Shown: positions 24,494 through 36,709, numbered from the stretch's first letter. The stretch is DNA of 64,000 bases from Lepidodermella squamata (GCA_047495785.1 JBLDXI010000024.1:1302001-1366000); one strand, 5' to 3'. Translations and numbers: made by a program. Notes: generated by a model from the letters alone, not told the origin.

Positions 24494-25805
24494 ATGGGCT
24501 TGGATGGTTTAGCTATTGGATTGAACAATAAGAATGTTTTCTACGCCGGAGAGGTCATCAACGGATTCTGCATGGCAATGGTCAGTGGTAGTCCTCAGTC
24601 AATTCCAATCATCAAGATCAGAATTCAAGGCGTGGTTAAAGTCCACTGGACCGAAGACGAGAGGCTCAGTGAGATGCAGCGAAAACACAGCATTAGTCAA
24701 TACAAAACAGTCCATTACAGTCAAGTAAGAATTCTCATGATGGCGGAGTTCGACATTCAAGTTCCTGGCGGCATGATTCCACCTGGTCAACATACATACC
24801 CTTTCTCGTTGTTGACGCCGCCAAAGTATAGGCCTATTTCAGAAATGATGTAAATTAATTAATGCTCTAGCTTTTAGTTTGCCGAGCTCCTTCGAAGGCT
24901 CACATGCCTATGTTCGATATTGGGTTCAAGCCATCGTTCCGCAAGGCTTATTTCGGTCTTTCTTCTCCCCACTAGCTACGTCACTTTCATTCATGATGGT
25001 GCAGCCAATCGATCCAAATGTTCCTCAGTACAATGTGGGTGTCACTATTTGATTGGCTTTGATGTTCTAATTTTATGGCGGAATTTTATATTAGTTTCGT
25101 GTTCGCGGGGCTGACATAAAGGAGGTTGGCTGTTTGTGTTGGGCTCAGGGCCCTCTTGTCGTCGAAGCCCAAACGGATCGAGCTGCGTTTTGCCCTTCAG
25201 AAATCGCTTACATTACGGCTTCATTTGATAACCACTCATCACGCCATGTAACGCCGTTTGTAAACCTTGTTCAAACCTCCTATTTGTTCGACGCACGTGG
25301 ACGTCGTCACAGCGACATGCGAACCTGGCGTCTCATGACAGATCAGTCGCAAGGCAACCCGTACGTTTTGATGGGTGAGAATCAGAAGATTCAATGGGCG
25401 AATCAGGCATTCCTCATTCCGAACGTGGCGCCGTCAATGTCGATTCCCGGGATTCTAAACGTGACTTACCGCATCGAGGTCGGTCTCGACATTCCGATGG
25501 CATTTAACCTCAGGGTTTATCTACCCGTTGTTATAGCCACGATGCCTTATCGAGGTGGCGACCAGAGAACTGTTATGGCGACTCAACCTGATCACAACAT
25601 AATGACAACATTCAACAGTGCTACGCCGTGGACTGGGGTTGGTCATTCGCAGTCTCAGGGTCCACCGCCTCTGCAGCCACCTCTTGAATTTGGTAATGAA
25701 GCTGCCAGACCAACAGCTCCTCCACCAACCTATTTCGAAACTGTGTTTAAAGAATCGCAACCGGCTATTGCATTCGATGACCACTTCTCGCAGGTGCAAA
25801 TGTGA
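24494..25805 (+). CDS. Alpha-arrestin copy 4, B-type, 3 exons
   Basis: Close paralog of 10466-12723; PPPTY motif. Confidence 0.9.
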
Positions 25806-26031
25806 ATTTGTCAACCTTGTGGATAGTGGTAGGAATATAAGCACAATCAGTTAGTCAGTGTGGCCAACCCTGTTAGAACCAAATCGAATAATAAATGCCT
25901 GATCGGAGGAATACCGTGTAGTTCACCAAATTCTAACAAAGTGATAGGTGTTAAGGGTGCTTTAAACTTTCTATGAGGCTATGAGTTTTATTTTGTTTGA
26001 TTTCGAAGCTCTCCCCACATTTTGGTAACTA

Positions 26032-26896
26032 CACCTGTTTTCCTTTGCATTTTCAAAATGACAGAAACCAATTTCACAATCACTCTCCGGCACGCGTTCT
26101 TCCTTTTCATCAGCTTCCTTTTCTTCATTTTTTTACTTTTTTAATATAGAGCTTCTGCTTCATTTTTTTCCTCTTTTTCCTCATAATGAAGCAGAAGCTC
26201 TACAGTCAGCTCCTGCTATGCTAAGCATGCTTTCAGCGGAGACAAGGAAAAGTTGCGCGTAGGCGAAACTTGCGTAAAAGCGAATAACTCTTAATAAAGC
26301 TGGGAAGTGCCGGAATTCGATGGTTTTATTACTAAAACGCAATTTTTTCTATTTTTGAGATGATATCAGTGATATTTTTGCGGTTTTTCTTGTCAAAAAC
26401 TACTGAGTACAGGAGCTTCAATGCCATTAGCACCATTTTTTCGGTGATCTCCACACACTGATAGCTCGACATTGGCGCTGTTACTAAACGTAGCCGCATT
26501 AGCGCGCTTCTGGCATTAGCGCGCGCGCACCTACACACGACGCGCACACCGACCAATAAGCGCGCGCGCACAAAATAGAGCGCAGGTTCTCTTTGCAGGT
26601 TGAAAAGGGGAAATTGCGTTATGCAGGTGCACAGTTACATGGTTTCTCAGTATTTGGGACCGCCGAAAAAGCTGCGTGTTAGCGGAACTTGCGCTTTGTC
26701 GAATTTGCGCAATGTCGAGAAAAAACGAGGGCCATCGCGTCGGCGGAGCTTGCGTTATGGTGTGTTGCGTTATAGCGGGGGCTGACTGTATATTAAAAAA
26801 GTAGAAAAATGAAGCTGATGAAAAAGATGAACGCGTGCCGGAGAGTGATTGTGAAATTGGTTTCTGTCATTTTGAAAATGCGAAGGAAAAAAGGTG
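26032..26896. mobile_element. Foldback MITE (host element), TA TSD
   Basis: ~110 bp inverted arms cacc.ttttcctt.gcattttcaaaatgacagaaaccaatttcacaatcactctccggcacgcgttc...; TA at 26030-31 and 26897-98. Confidence 0.88.
26203..26788. mobile_element. Nested Tc1/pogo-type MITE, TA TSD
   Basis: TIRs cagtcagctcctgctat / atagcgggggctgactg flanked by TA; interrupts the right arm of the foldback element. Confidence 0.85.
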
Positions 26897-27076
26897 TATT
26901 GATGGTATTTAATAAATAATAACGCAAATTAATCGATAAAACCATGAACTATTTATGATAGAGAACATCGCGAGAACATCGGAAAATGCAAGATTGCCAA
27001 CAATAACGATAATTGTTCAGTTTACCAATAGCTATTCTAATAAAAACCGCTCATTATCGAAAACTAACCTCTTTCC

Positions 27077-28379
27077 ATGGTCTTGAATTCGGTTATCACC
27101 GTTCTAAACAACAGGAGCGTCTTCTATGCTGGCGAGGTGATTAATGGCGCTTGTGTAGTGACGGCAAGCGGAGACGCCCAATCCATTCCATCCATCAAAA
27201 TTCGAGTTATGGGGGTTGCGAAAGTTCGCTGGGCCCAGCAGCGCGCGAATAAGAGAGCTTTACATTTCTCAGATTTCCGGAATATCTTTTCAGCAGAGTT
27301 TGACACAGCCGTCCCTGGAGGTTTGATTCAAGCTGGCCAACATAGTTTCCCATTTTCATTTCAGACTCCAGCCAAGTAAGTTTAAAAAAATATCCCGTAC
27401 CTTCAGATGAGCTATCCTATTATGTAGTTTGCCGAGCTCTTTGGAAGGTGACCACGCTTACGTGAGGTATTGGGTTCAGCCTGTTGTCCCGCCGAACTTG
27501 TTCAAATCTTTCTTCCATCCAATGGCTATGTCGATTTTATTCACGCTTGTGCAGCCGATAGAGACAAATATTACCCAGTATAATGTAAGTCTCAATTTGT
27601 TTCTCTGCCGATAAAGATCGATAGATCTTATTTTTGTTTCGTCACAGTTTCGGGTGCATGGAACCGACTCCAAGGAGACTCAGCTCCTATGCTGCAACCT
27701 GGGTCGGCTTAGCATGGAAGCTCATATTGATCGAGCCGCCTTTTGCCCTTTGGAAACCGTGCACGTGACTGCGTCATTCGACAACCAGTCATCACGTGAA
27801 GTAAGACCATACGTCCGCCTTGTCCAATGCATTCGCATGACCGTCCCGGGTGGATATAGCCATTTAGTATCGCGGAATTGGACTCTAGCTTTAGAGAATA
27901 CCACAAACAACATGTTCCCCTATTTGCGGGAAAATGAAAAGTTCCAAATAACAAAGAAGCCATTCCTCCTACCAAACGTTGCCCCGTCCATAACGATTCC
28001 AGGACTGCTAAGTGTGGCCTATCATATCGAAGTTGGAATCTACATCTCAGGGGCCTATGATCTCAAGGTGTATCTTCCCATCGTCGTAGCGACAATGCCT
28101 TATCGTGGTGGCGAGAAGCAGGCTCCTGCTCGAGTGAGTCAACCCGATGCAACTATAATGACGACGTTCAATAGCGGTACGCCGTGGACTGGAATCGGAC
28201 ATTCGAAATCGGCCAATCGGCTCCCTTTGGAATCTCCGATTGAATTTGGCAATGAGGCAGCTAGACCAACATTTCCACCACCGGCTTGCTTCGAAAAGCC
28301 TTTACCTCGCGGTGATGACCATTTTCTGGTTATGCAGAGATTCCTAAATGGCGAGCCACAGTTGAATCATTACAGTTGA
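27077..28379 (+). CDS. Alpha-arrestin copy 5, divergent, 3 exons
   Basis: Arrestin N/C motifs and same intron positions; tail PPPACFE. Confidence 0.9.
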
Positions 28380-28571
28380 AGTCCTGGTACAGATATTGGA
28401 TTCCCTGATGAAATAACGGCACCGTATCGTGAAAGCATTTCTGTTTTGAAATTATTTATTCGTGTACTCCGGCTTTTAACAATTCTAGACTCAATGTGCG
28501 ACAGTGGTTTTAAACAATCAATTAGTCTAACAACAATCGTTAGGATACAGTTTTGGTATCACTTGACCTAT

Positions 28572-30774
28572 CTACAAAATTGTAAGACAAGACGATGAGA
28601 CAGATACAGCTTCACAGACGGCTGGAATAGCTTCGATGAAATATCGATAAGCCTCAGGAATGATTCCCAAATCGATTTGTTTCAACAGATCGACCTTTTT
28701 AGCTTTCGCTATAGGTAAGGCTGAAGGGTAGGCTGGGAAAATTTGATAATTCGCAATCGAACAATGGTCTCTTCTTATGAATGGCGTGAACTCTGACCCG
28801 GCTTTGAAGCTCTTTCGGACATCAAATCGATCGAGATTCGGCTTCCGAATCCGAAACCAGCATGCTTCTTTCCAAGGGGGCGTTTGACCAGTCGAATTTA
28901 TTAAAGTTGAATAATAATTCAGAGGGATATTGAATTTTAGGAACGAAGAGTGCGGCATGTTTTGGCAATCGAAACCAGCCTCAGCGATGATATCTCTCCA
29001 CTCATTCGGGAAACTGATTGAATCCCTTTGGTTGGCCTTGGTTTCAATCGCAGAATGAACACAGTCGACCTGCATGAAAGTATGGCCGGCCACTAGAAAT
29101 TTTTGGTGGACAACTTTCAGAATCGGACTGTAATGTAAAGCTGCCATTAAAGCGTTGGTAATGATTGAGTTTTTGTTCTGGCCAACGCAATTATCGGACC
29201 AAAGAATGACCTCTTGCACTTGAGGGTCGAGTTTGGAAGTCAAATAGTCGAAGAGACAAGTGCCGATCTCATCCGAACCGCGACCACCGTCCCATTCGTC
29301 CCAGACATAGCATAGCGATTTTCGGGTTGCTACGTTGTAGACGACCAAGTTTTGCGTGTTGAGCTTCTCATGGTAGCTCAATTCACATCGGGGAGATTCC
29401 AGTATGGCCTGTTATTAAGGTGGTTAGTAAGTTTTAGTAAAAATGACCTAATTTCGGACAATTTATTCCTAGAATTTTGAGGGAAAATAGTTATCATGAA
29501 GACACAGGATTTTGACCTAGTTCTGGACATTTTTCACTCAAAATTCCGAAATAAACTGTCCGAAATTAGGTTATTTTCAAACTCTTAAAGGCAGGTAGCC
29601 GTTTGAGAGAAAAATAGCTATAATTAGGGATGTTGACCTAGTTCTGGACATTTTTAACTCAAAAGCCTACCTGCATATCAAACTGCAGAAGTGCGATGGT
29701 GCCATTGGATTTGATAGCCCTTCTTTTATCAGCTCGAAGTGCCCGTCTCGCCAGCGAAACCTCACATCGATGCTGCTGATACGCCGCCTCAACGTCCTTT
29801 GTCTTCAACTCAGCTGGAAGCTTTTCATAACGCAAACAAGCCGCGCAACGATTTTTCAACGGTTTATGCGTCGAAATTTCCGGGTAATCATTGCGCAGGA
29901 TTTCAAGAAACGTCGATATGCTAACTGGCTTCGGTTGATCCAACGTCGGCTTGAACTCTTCGACGTACATTTTGTAGATTTTCGTCTTTGTCAGAGATTT
30001 GCTAACGTAGATCCTTGACGAATTTTTCCGAGTGTAGTGAGCTGGAACTTTTGGGATAGATTCGATGAAGCTGCAGATAGACTCGAAAGCATCCTTCGAC
30101 AAACCTCGATAAGTCCCACCCCGCCGGTCAGGTTCAACGAGGCCCGATGAAAATATCAGGCCGTTAATTCGTTTGACTTTGAAGTCCAGCGTCCAGTTAA
30201 TGAAACCCGTTCTTTCGCCAAGAGTTGCGAGGAAAAACTTGCCGCAAACTTCGATCCTATCCGTAGTACTTTTCGAGGGCGAAAAGCAACTCGGTAGGTG
30301 GTATCTGAACCTCCGATTTTTCGCCTTGCCATTCGCTGGCTCGAATTGATGGACGAACGAAGCAACAATTCGACGCCGCTCGTCGATCGAACCTAACGAC
30401 CAATACTGGTCGAAAATTTGCTGAGCGGCTGACTCGGAAATTTTTTCATAGCAATAACGGTTGCATTTGCAGATTAAATACGTGCATTTCCTAGCCTCAG
30501 CCATGCCCTTGCCGTTGCTTTTCTCGTACGCGAGACCTTTGTTGCGAAGTTCCTTACGCAGGATTGCTTGCTTCGACTCCCTATTGCGTTGCTTTATATT
30601 GCGTTTACGAGGCTTCCCGGCTTTTGAATCCAAGCCATCGTTGTAGACGGATTCTGGATCGGATTGGTACTCGGTTTCCAACGAGTCGGCTGAGCTAATC
30701 GATGCGTTATCTTCTTCATCGCTGATTTGAAGTTCTTTTTCGATGAATGATGATTTTACCAATTGATTTCCCAT
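28572..30774 (-). mobile_element. Sola-like DDD DNA transposase, 2 exons (30774-29671, 29408-28572), ~646 aa
   Basis: C.C...C and VCGKFFLATLG, DRRGG, IPKVPAHYTRK, C..C; catalytic-type motifs FDMQ|AILESP, WDEWDGGRGSDEIG.C, WSDNCVGQNKN, KFLVAGHTFMQVDCVHSAIE; phase-0 GT-AG intron joins the two ORFs without disruption. Confidence 0.85.
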
Positions 30775-30879
30775 TTTCTAAAAAAATTTGTAAAAAAAAA
30801 TGTTTCTAAAAAAATGTATTTATTATTTTAGCAGCACTAAATTTGTATTCCGAGTTTTTTCCTTCTAGATCGATTCTAA

Positions 30880-31035
30880 TGCCCCTAAGACCCTGGGAAC
30901 TTTCATTTTTAGCTACCCGGTGTCAACAGCTTGATAGAAAATGTTCAATATTGCCCTCGGATATCGATATCGGATATCTGAAAAATCAGTGATTTGCAAA
31001 ATCGATAGTTGAAATCGATATCGAAATTTTGTAAC
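30880..31035 (-). repeat. Dispersed repeat family, copy 2 of 3
   Basis: Reverse complement matches 1075-1210. Confidence 0.6.
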
Positions 31036-32419
31036 CTACAAAAGGCGACCCAAATATGTCCCAATCTGAACGAATTTTAAGCGGCCGTCAAAGAGTAAGG
31101 CGACGCAAACGCACTATAATATTCTGGTTAAGGATAAATAAATTACAAGATGCGATGGTAATAGGCATGGGCACTAACTATTCGCTAACTTTTAAGGTTA
31201 GCTGTGTAAAATGAAATAACTAGGTCATGTCCGGCATTATAGCTTATATGAGCTGAGCCGATTCAATTCTGGAAATCCTTTCTGGCTAATACTTGTTTTC
31301 TGCAAAATTGCTCACTATTATCGTCTCCATTGTAGTAGTGAGCCAGCTGACCTACATTTTTCCACCTTTTTTCTGGCAATAATTCAATCATATAAACCTG
31401 GCTGTTTTGTGTCAACAAGAAGTCATAATTCCACGTGATGTCTGTGTTTTCTGGACAATGCAAGGTAAACATGGCTCATTTTGAAGGCTGATCGCTAGTT
31501 TTCTGTCGGATTCACCTAGTTACCCAGCGAAATTAATGGCGGAAATGAGGTGAAAATTGTGTTTGTTTCGTCGGCTTTTTCTCGGATTATCTTTCATTAG
31601 TGACCAGCCGCATTGTCATGCCTGTTTTTCGCGTCTCTAACTGATTCGGATGCATTTTTAACGATCATTTTATCATAAAAATTTCCTGTTCCAGCTATCA
31701 GCGTCAGAATCGAAGCGATATACAATGAATTATAAGGAACCAGGGTGCGTAAAAAAGTAAATTTCTTTCGAAATCACCCACTTGAGATTATTAAGGTGGA
31801 ATATTTATGCGGAATAATAATTTTTGAGAAAAGCCTGAATTTGGGACAATGATCTGAATGCGATTTCACTGACCAGCGTGGCGGCCTTTATTACCGCGCC
31901 ATTCACGCGGTCCTTTGATCGCAGGCCATACACGTAACTTGAGGTGAAAAGATGCTCCAAAAATGTCCCACAATGGCGCACAAAGAATTCAACATTTTAT
32001 GCGACGCTTTTCAAAAATTATCGAGGTGCAGTTTCTCACAACAAGCGTCTATTACCAATCCTCTGAATTTTCCCTGGAATGAGGGCATCAGGTGAAGTAC
32101 CTTGTAGTATAAAACTGTTGCTTGACATCGACCGAAAACTTTCGATGCTGCGAAATTCGGATCGGCAGCAATTTTGGTCTTGCTTCATTGCAATTTTGCT
32201 TTTCGTCATATTAACATATTCTTTCGCCCTCATGGCTGAATTATCAATCGAAAAAATCTCAATTGATCTAGATAAGGTATGTAAAATTAATTTAGCTAAT
32301 ATGGATTTAATAAATAAAAACCATTTTTCTAGAACTGTCACTCCGGACGAAATTTTTCGATAATAAAAGAGGCTAAAATGATGTGATAAATATTCTCTGT
32401 TTTATTTATTTTAGATTTT

Positions 32420-33628
32420 ATGGTAATTTCTAGAAAAATTCGAGAATTTCGCATTCGATTATCTCTATTTTCGATAATATTCTCATCGACCCTTTCCATA
32501 CTTATCCACATCACCTCGAATTTATTTTCCCCTGGAATATGTGAGCATGCCTCGGGCGAGAAATTAATTTTATATGCGACCACATTTTTTTCTGAAATGT
32601 CGCTTCATGTGTCCTATATGAACGACCACCTTAACGATTGTAATGACCTGAATTGCCGCGGCGTGGCATCGCAATACCGCGAGGCTTGTTTCGATGTCGC
32701 CGACGCGTTAATTTTTTCGCCCGTCTACGAAGATTTCTACACGGCTATGCCAATGTTCGCGCGGAAAAAACGCCGGAAATTAAGGCAGTTATGGATATTC
32801 AAGTCGTTTGAAAGTCCGATGAAGTTAACGCAAATGCTGCCGAGAAATGAAGCGTTCTACGCGTGGGCTAATGGCCGGTTCAATCTATCGCTTACATTTC
32901 GATTTGACTCTGATTTACCGGCCCCTTATCACTACCCGTTTGAATTTGTCCCTGGCTCAAAACCTATCCCGTTTAATTCGGAAATTTTCAAACGAAAATC
33001 GAAACACATCGCTGCTGTTATTTCGAACTGTAAAGATGAGTGGAATAGAATTGATCGGCTTAAAGAGTTGGAAAATTATGGTCTTACCGTTGATATTTAC
33101 GGAAAATGTGGCACGAAAATATGCCCTGGAAAAGTTTCAGGCGAGTGTTACAAACAACTGGAGAAGGATTACTTCTTTTACGCTGGACTTGAAAATACGA
33201 TCTGCCGCGATTATGTCTCAGAAAAATTCTTCGCCCCGCTAGAGTACGACATGGTGAATTTGGTAGCTGGAGGCGGGAATTATTCGTATCTCGGCCCGCC
33301 GAATTCTTTCATAAATTGGCGAGATTTTCACTCTGCCAAGGAATTGGCGGATTATTTGCTAGCTGTAGCTGCTGATGAGGAGAAATACGCTAAATTTTTC
33401 GCGTGGAGAGGCCTTTACGTATTTCCAAGTGGGCCGCCTTATAAATTCGCGTGTAACCTCTGCGAAAAATTAAGGCAGATGCTTCCCGGTACTGAACAGG
33501 CTAGTTTAATCCTCCTCAATATTTTTTTTTATTTTTTTTTCAATTATTTAAAAATACAGGTTATTGTCGACTTGAAGTCTTGGTGGTACGATCAAAGTGG
33601 ATGCGTCACAAATCCTTATAAGATATAA
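32420..33628 (+). CDS. Alpha-1,3/4-fucosyltransferase (GT10)
   Basis: Type II anchor; ADALIF, QLWIF.SFESP, FNLSLTFRFDSD, AVISNC, VDIYGKCG, YFFYAGLENTICRDYVSEKFF, PPNSFI, YAKFFAWR, C.LC; probable 60 nt in-frame intron 33500-33559. Confidence 0.92.
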   Translation: MVISRKIREFRIRLSLFSIIFSSTLSILIHITSNLFSPGICEHASGEKLILYATTFFSEMSLHVSYMNDHLNDCNDLNCRGVASQYREACFDVADALIFSPVYEDFYTAMPMFARKKRRKLRQLWIFKSFESPMKLTQMLPRNEAFYAWANGRFNLSLTFRFDSDLPAPYHYPFEFVPGSKPIPFNSEIFKRKSKHIAAVISNCKDEWNRIDRLKELENYGLTVDIYGKCGTKICPGKVSGECYKQLEKDYFFYAGLENTICRDYVSEKFFAPLEYDMVNLVAGGGNYSYLGPPNSFINWRDFHSAKELADYLLAVAADEEKYAKFFAWRGLYVFPSGPPYKFACNLCEKLRQMLPGTEQASLILLNIFFYFFFNYLKIQVIVDLKSWWYDQSGCVTNPYKI

Positions 33629-33714
33629 TTTTATTAAATAATAAAGGCCATAATTAGTATGATTTTATGATCAGTTATAGCGCATGAATCATAATAATGA
33701 TAATCTGATTTTAT

Positions 33715-34727
33715 TCAAGCGTCGACAATGCCTTGACGATCCTCTGATTTGTTTTTGCTGACCATTTTTTTGACCTGCATCGGGAAAGCGTTCACCGCGT
33801 TGCCAACATTACCGTCTGATTTGAAAAATTCCGGAATCGCAAAAATCGAAACGGCCAACCAAGGCAGAGCGCATAGATAAGCCATAATCTGGAATTGACA
33901 ATTATGAAAAAATTTAAAAATTTACTAACAAATAATTACGTATGTAGCCTCAAGGAGGCTGAAATCTGGCTTCTCAATGGGAATGCACAAAACATTGCCC
34001 GTGCAAACTGGGTCGGCCTTGATCATTGCCATCAAGTCCATCTTAGTTTCGACCTCATTAACGCCCTTCATTAAAAAGGTAGCCGCGCCGATCCAAAACG
34101 GAACCATTATGAAACACGTGAACATTGTGATTCTGGTACATCGGCGATCAGTATCGTCAGGGCTGTGATCCTTAATTATCTGCGATGTAACGTTTAGGAT
34201 CAAATTTAGTCTTTGACGAAAAATCGATAAGTATACTTACCTCTTTCCAACATGCGGAGACCAAAAATGCGATAGCGGCAAAAACAACGTAGACGATAGC
34301 CGCTGGTTGGGCAATATCCGTTTGAATAGAAAAATCCAGCGCATTCGATTGTTTTACGTAAATTGAACTTGATCACATAGTTCAATAGATTATTAAATCA
34401 AATTGTTGGAGATAACTCACTCGAAAGGATAGACAGTGTCGATGATAGCCGTTTTCGGGGTGAAAATGAACGAACAATTCCTCGATGGGCACGATGAAAT
34501 GTAGGAGCCTGTAATGTGTGTCAAGCCGAAATACGGATACGTTTCAAGTTGGATGGCAGTCAGAATCGTTACGAAAGGTATAATGAACAGCTGAAATTGA
34601 ATGCATTTTTATCGTAATTCTTTGGGAATTTCTTTGGTTATGTTACCAAGCTGAAAAGTGGTACCAAAACTAGGAAGATGAGTACCAACGCGCCTACAAC
34701 TTCCAGCCAGCTACATTTGTTAGCCAT
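33715..34727 (-). CDS. Uncharacterised 4-TM membrane protein, paralog A, 5 exons
   Basis: MANKCSWLEVVGALVLIFLVLVPLFSL|LFIIPFVTILTA...SCPSRNC...AAIVYVVFAAIAFLVSACWKE|...ITMFTCFIMVPFWIGAATFL...|IMAYLCALPWLAVSIFAIP...GIVDA*; frame conserved in paralog B. Confidence 0.75.
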
Positions 34728-34959
34728 TTTCTAGCTGTAATTCTGTGATGTTCGCGACAATAAAAATACCAACAATCACGGTGAGGCTAGAATAAATAGT
34801 CAGAGACATGTTTCACATTTTTAATGATAAGAACTTATCAAAGATAATATAGGTTTCATGAATCCCGAATCGGTGAAAAAAGCTTATTGAGATAAATTAT
34901 AAAATAGATAAAGTATGACAAACATAGATAGCGTATAATTTTATCATACAATTACTTTT

Positions 34960-35065
34960 TCATATCGCCGATGATTTATTTTCGCCGGTAATATTTGAGC
35001 ACGCTTCAAGTAAGCGAAAAATTAATTTCATATGCGACCACATTTTTTTCCTCGGAATGGCTGCT
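34960..35065 (+). pseudogene. Decayed 5' fragment of a second fucosyltransferase copy
   Basis: atttattttcgccggtaatatttgagcacgcttc...aaattaatttcatatgcgaccacattttttt matches 32520-32592 of the intact FUT. Confidence 0.65.
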
Positions 35066-35440
35066 CGTAGAAATATATATAACGCGAATTTTGCTAATCG
35101 TACAAATATTTCAGATATATTCATGCTGAACTTTGAAATTTTCATGGTTTAATCAATTTTGATCGCAACTGTTCCAAATTTAAACCGTATGTGCATCGAA
35201 GCGTGACCAACCTCCCGCCGAACTTAGGCATGCATTAGGGAAAAATTCAGTATCAACCACCCTGAAAACCAAAAATACCCGAGGTCGGTAATATCATAAA
35301 CACCGATGGGCCCGGCCCGTAAAAATATACTTGTCGGTATCGAAATTGAGTAAATGGCTGAATTTCGAAGTTTTTATTCGAATATATGTATGACTAGCAA
35401 ACATTTCTTTTATATACAAATTTATAAAATCTGATGTTAT

Positions 35441-36454
35441 TCAAGCATTGACAATGCCTTGACGATCCTCTGATTTGCTTTTGGCGAAAAAGTGTTTGAC
35501 CTGCATAGGGAAAGCATTCACAGCGTTGCCAACATTTCCGTCTGATTTGAAAAATTCCGGGATCGCAAATATCGAAACGGCCAACCAAGGCAGAGCGCAC
35601 AAATAAGCCATAATCTAAGAGTGAAAATAATAGTAAAATTGCGAAAATCACTGAAAATTATTTACGTATGTAGCATCAAGGAAGCTGAAATCTGGCTGTT
35701 CGACGGGAAAGCATAAAACGCTGCCCGTGCAAACTGGGTCGCTCTTAATCATGGCCATCAAGTCCATCTTAGTTTCGACCTCATTAGCGCCCTTCATCAA
35801 AAAGGTAGCCGCGCCGATCCAAAAAGGAACCATTAAGAAACACGTGAACATCGTGATTCTGGCTCGGCGTCGATCAGAATCGCCCGAGGTGTGATCCCTA
35901 ATGACCTGATAGCGTTTATGATCAAATTTAGCCATCTTTTATGTTTGACAAAATATAGATAGGTATACCTCTTTCCAACATGATGAGACCAAAAATGCGA
36001 TGGCGGCAAAAACAACGTAGACTATAGCCGCTGGTTGGGCAATGTCTGTTTGAATGGAAACGTCCGGCGCGTCTGTTTGTTTTACGTAAATAGAACTTGA
36101 ACGCAAAATTCAATAGAATTCATTTATTATTATTATATATTTGAGACAACTCACTCGAAAGGATACACACTGTCGACGGCAACCGTTTTTTGCCTAAACG
36201 AACAATTCCTCGATTGGCACGACGCGACGTAGGATCCTGTATAGTGTGCCAAGCCGAAATAGGGATACGTTTGTATATGGATGACAGTCAAAATGGTGGC
36301 GAAAGGTATGATGAACAACTGGAATTTATTGCATTTATTGTAAGCATTTATTGAAAATGTCTTTGGTTGTTACCAGAAAGAAAAGCGGTACAAAAATTAG
36401 AAAGATGAACATTATGACGCCCACAACCTCCAGCCAGCCGCATTTGTTAGCCAT
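35441..36454 (-). CDS. Uncharacterised 4-TM membrane protein, paralog B, 5 exons
   Basis: High similarity to 33715-34727, including ~210 bp of upstream sequence. Confidence 0.75.
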
Positions 36455-36709
36455 GTTTTAGCTCTAATTCTGTGATGATCGCCAAAATAATATAACCAAC
36501 AATCATGGTGAGGCTAGAATAAATAGTCAGAGGCATGTTTCACATTTTTAATGATAGGAACTTATCAAAGATGATATAGGTTTCATGAATCCCGAATCGG
36601 TGAAAAAAGCTTATTGAGATAAAATATAAAATAGATAAAGTAGGACAAACATAGATAACGTATAATTTTATCATGCTAATTTGATAAAAAAAATCCAGCT
36701 TAAAAAGCG

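Noticed and set aside
32145-32414. Upstream TM-encoding exon(s) as an alternative N-terminus of the fucosyltransferase
   Set aside because: Every splice combination I tried meets a stop before the FUT frame, and the FUT has its own anchor; may be a remnant or uORF.
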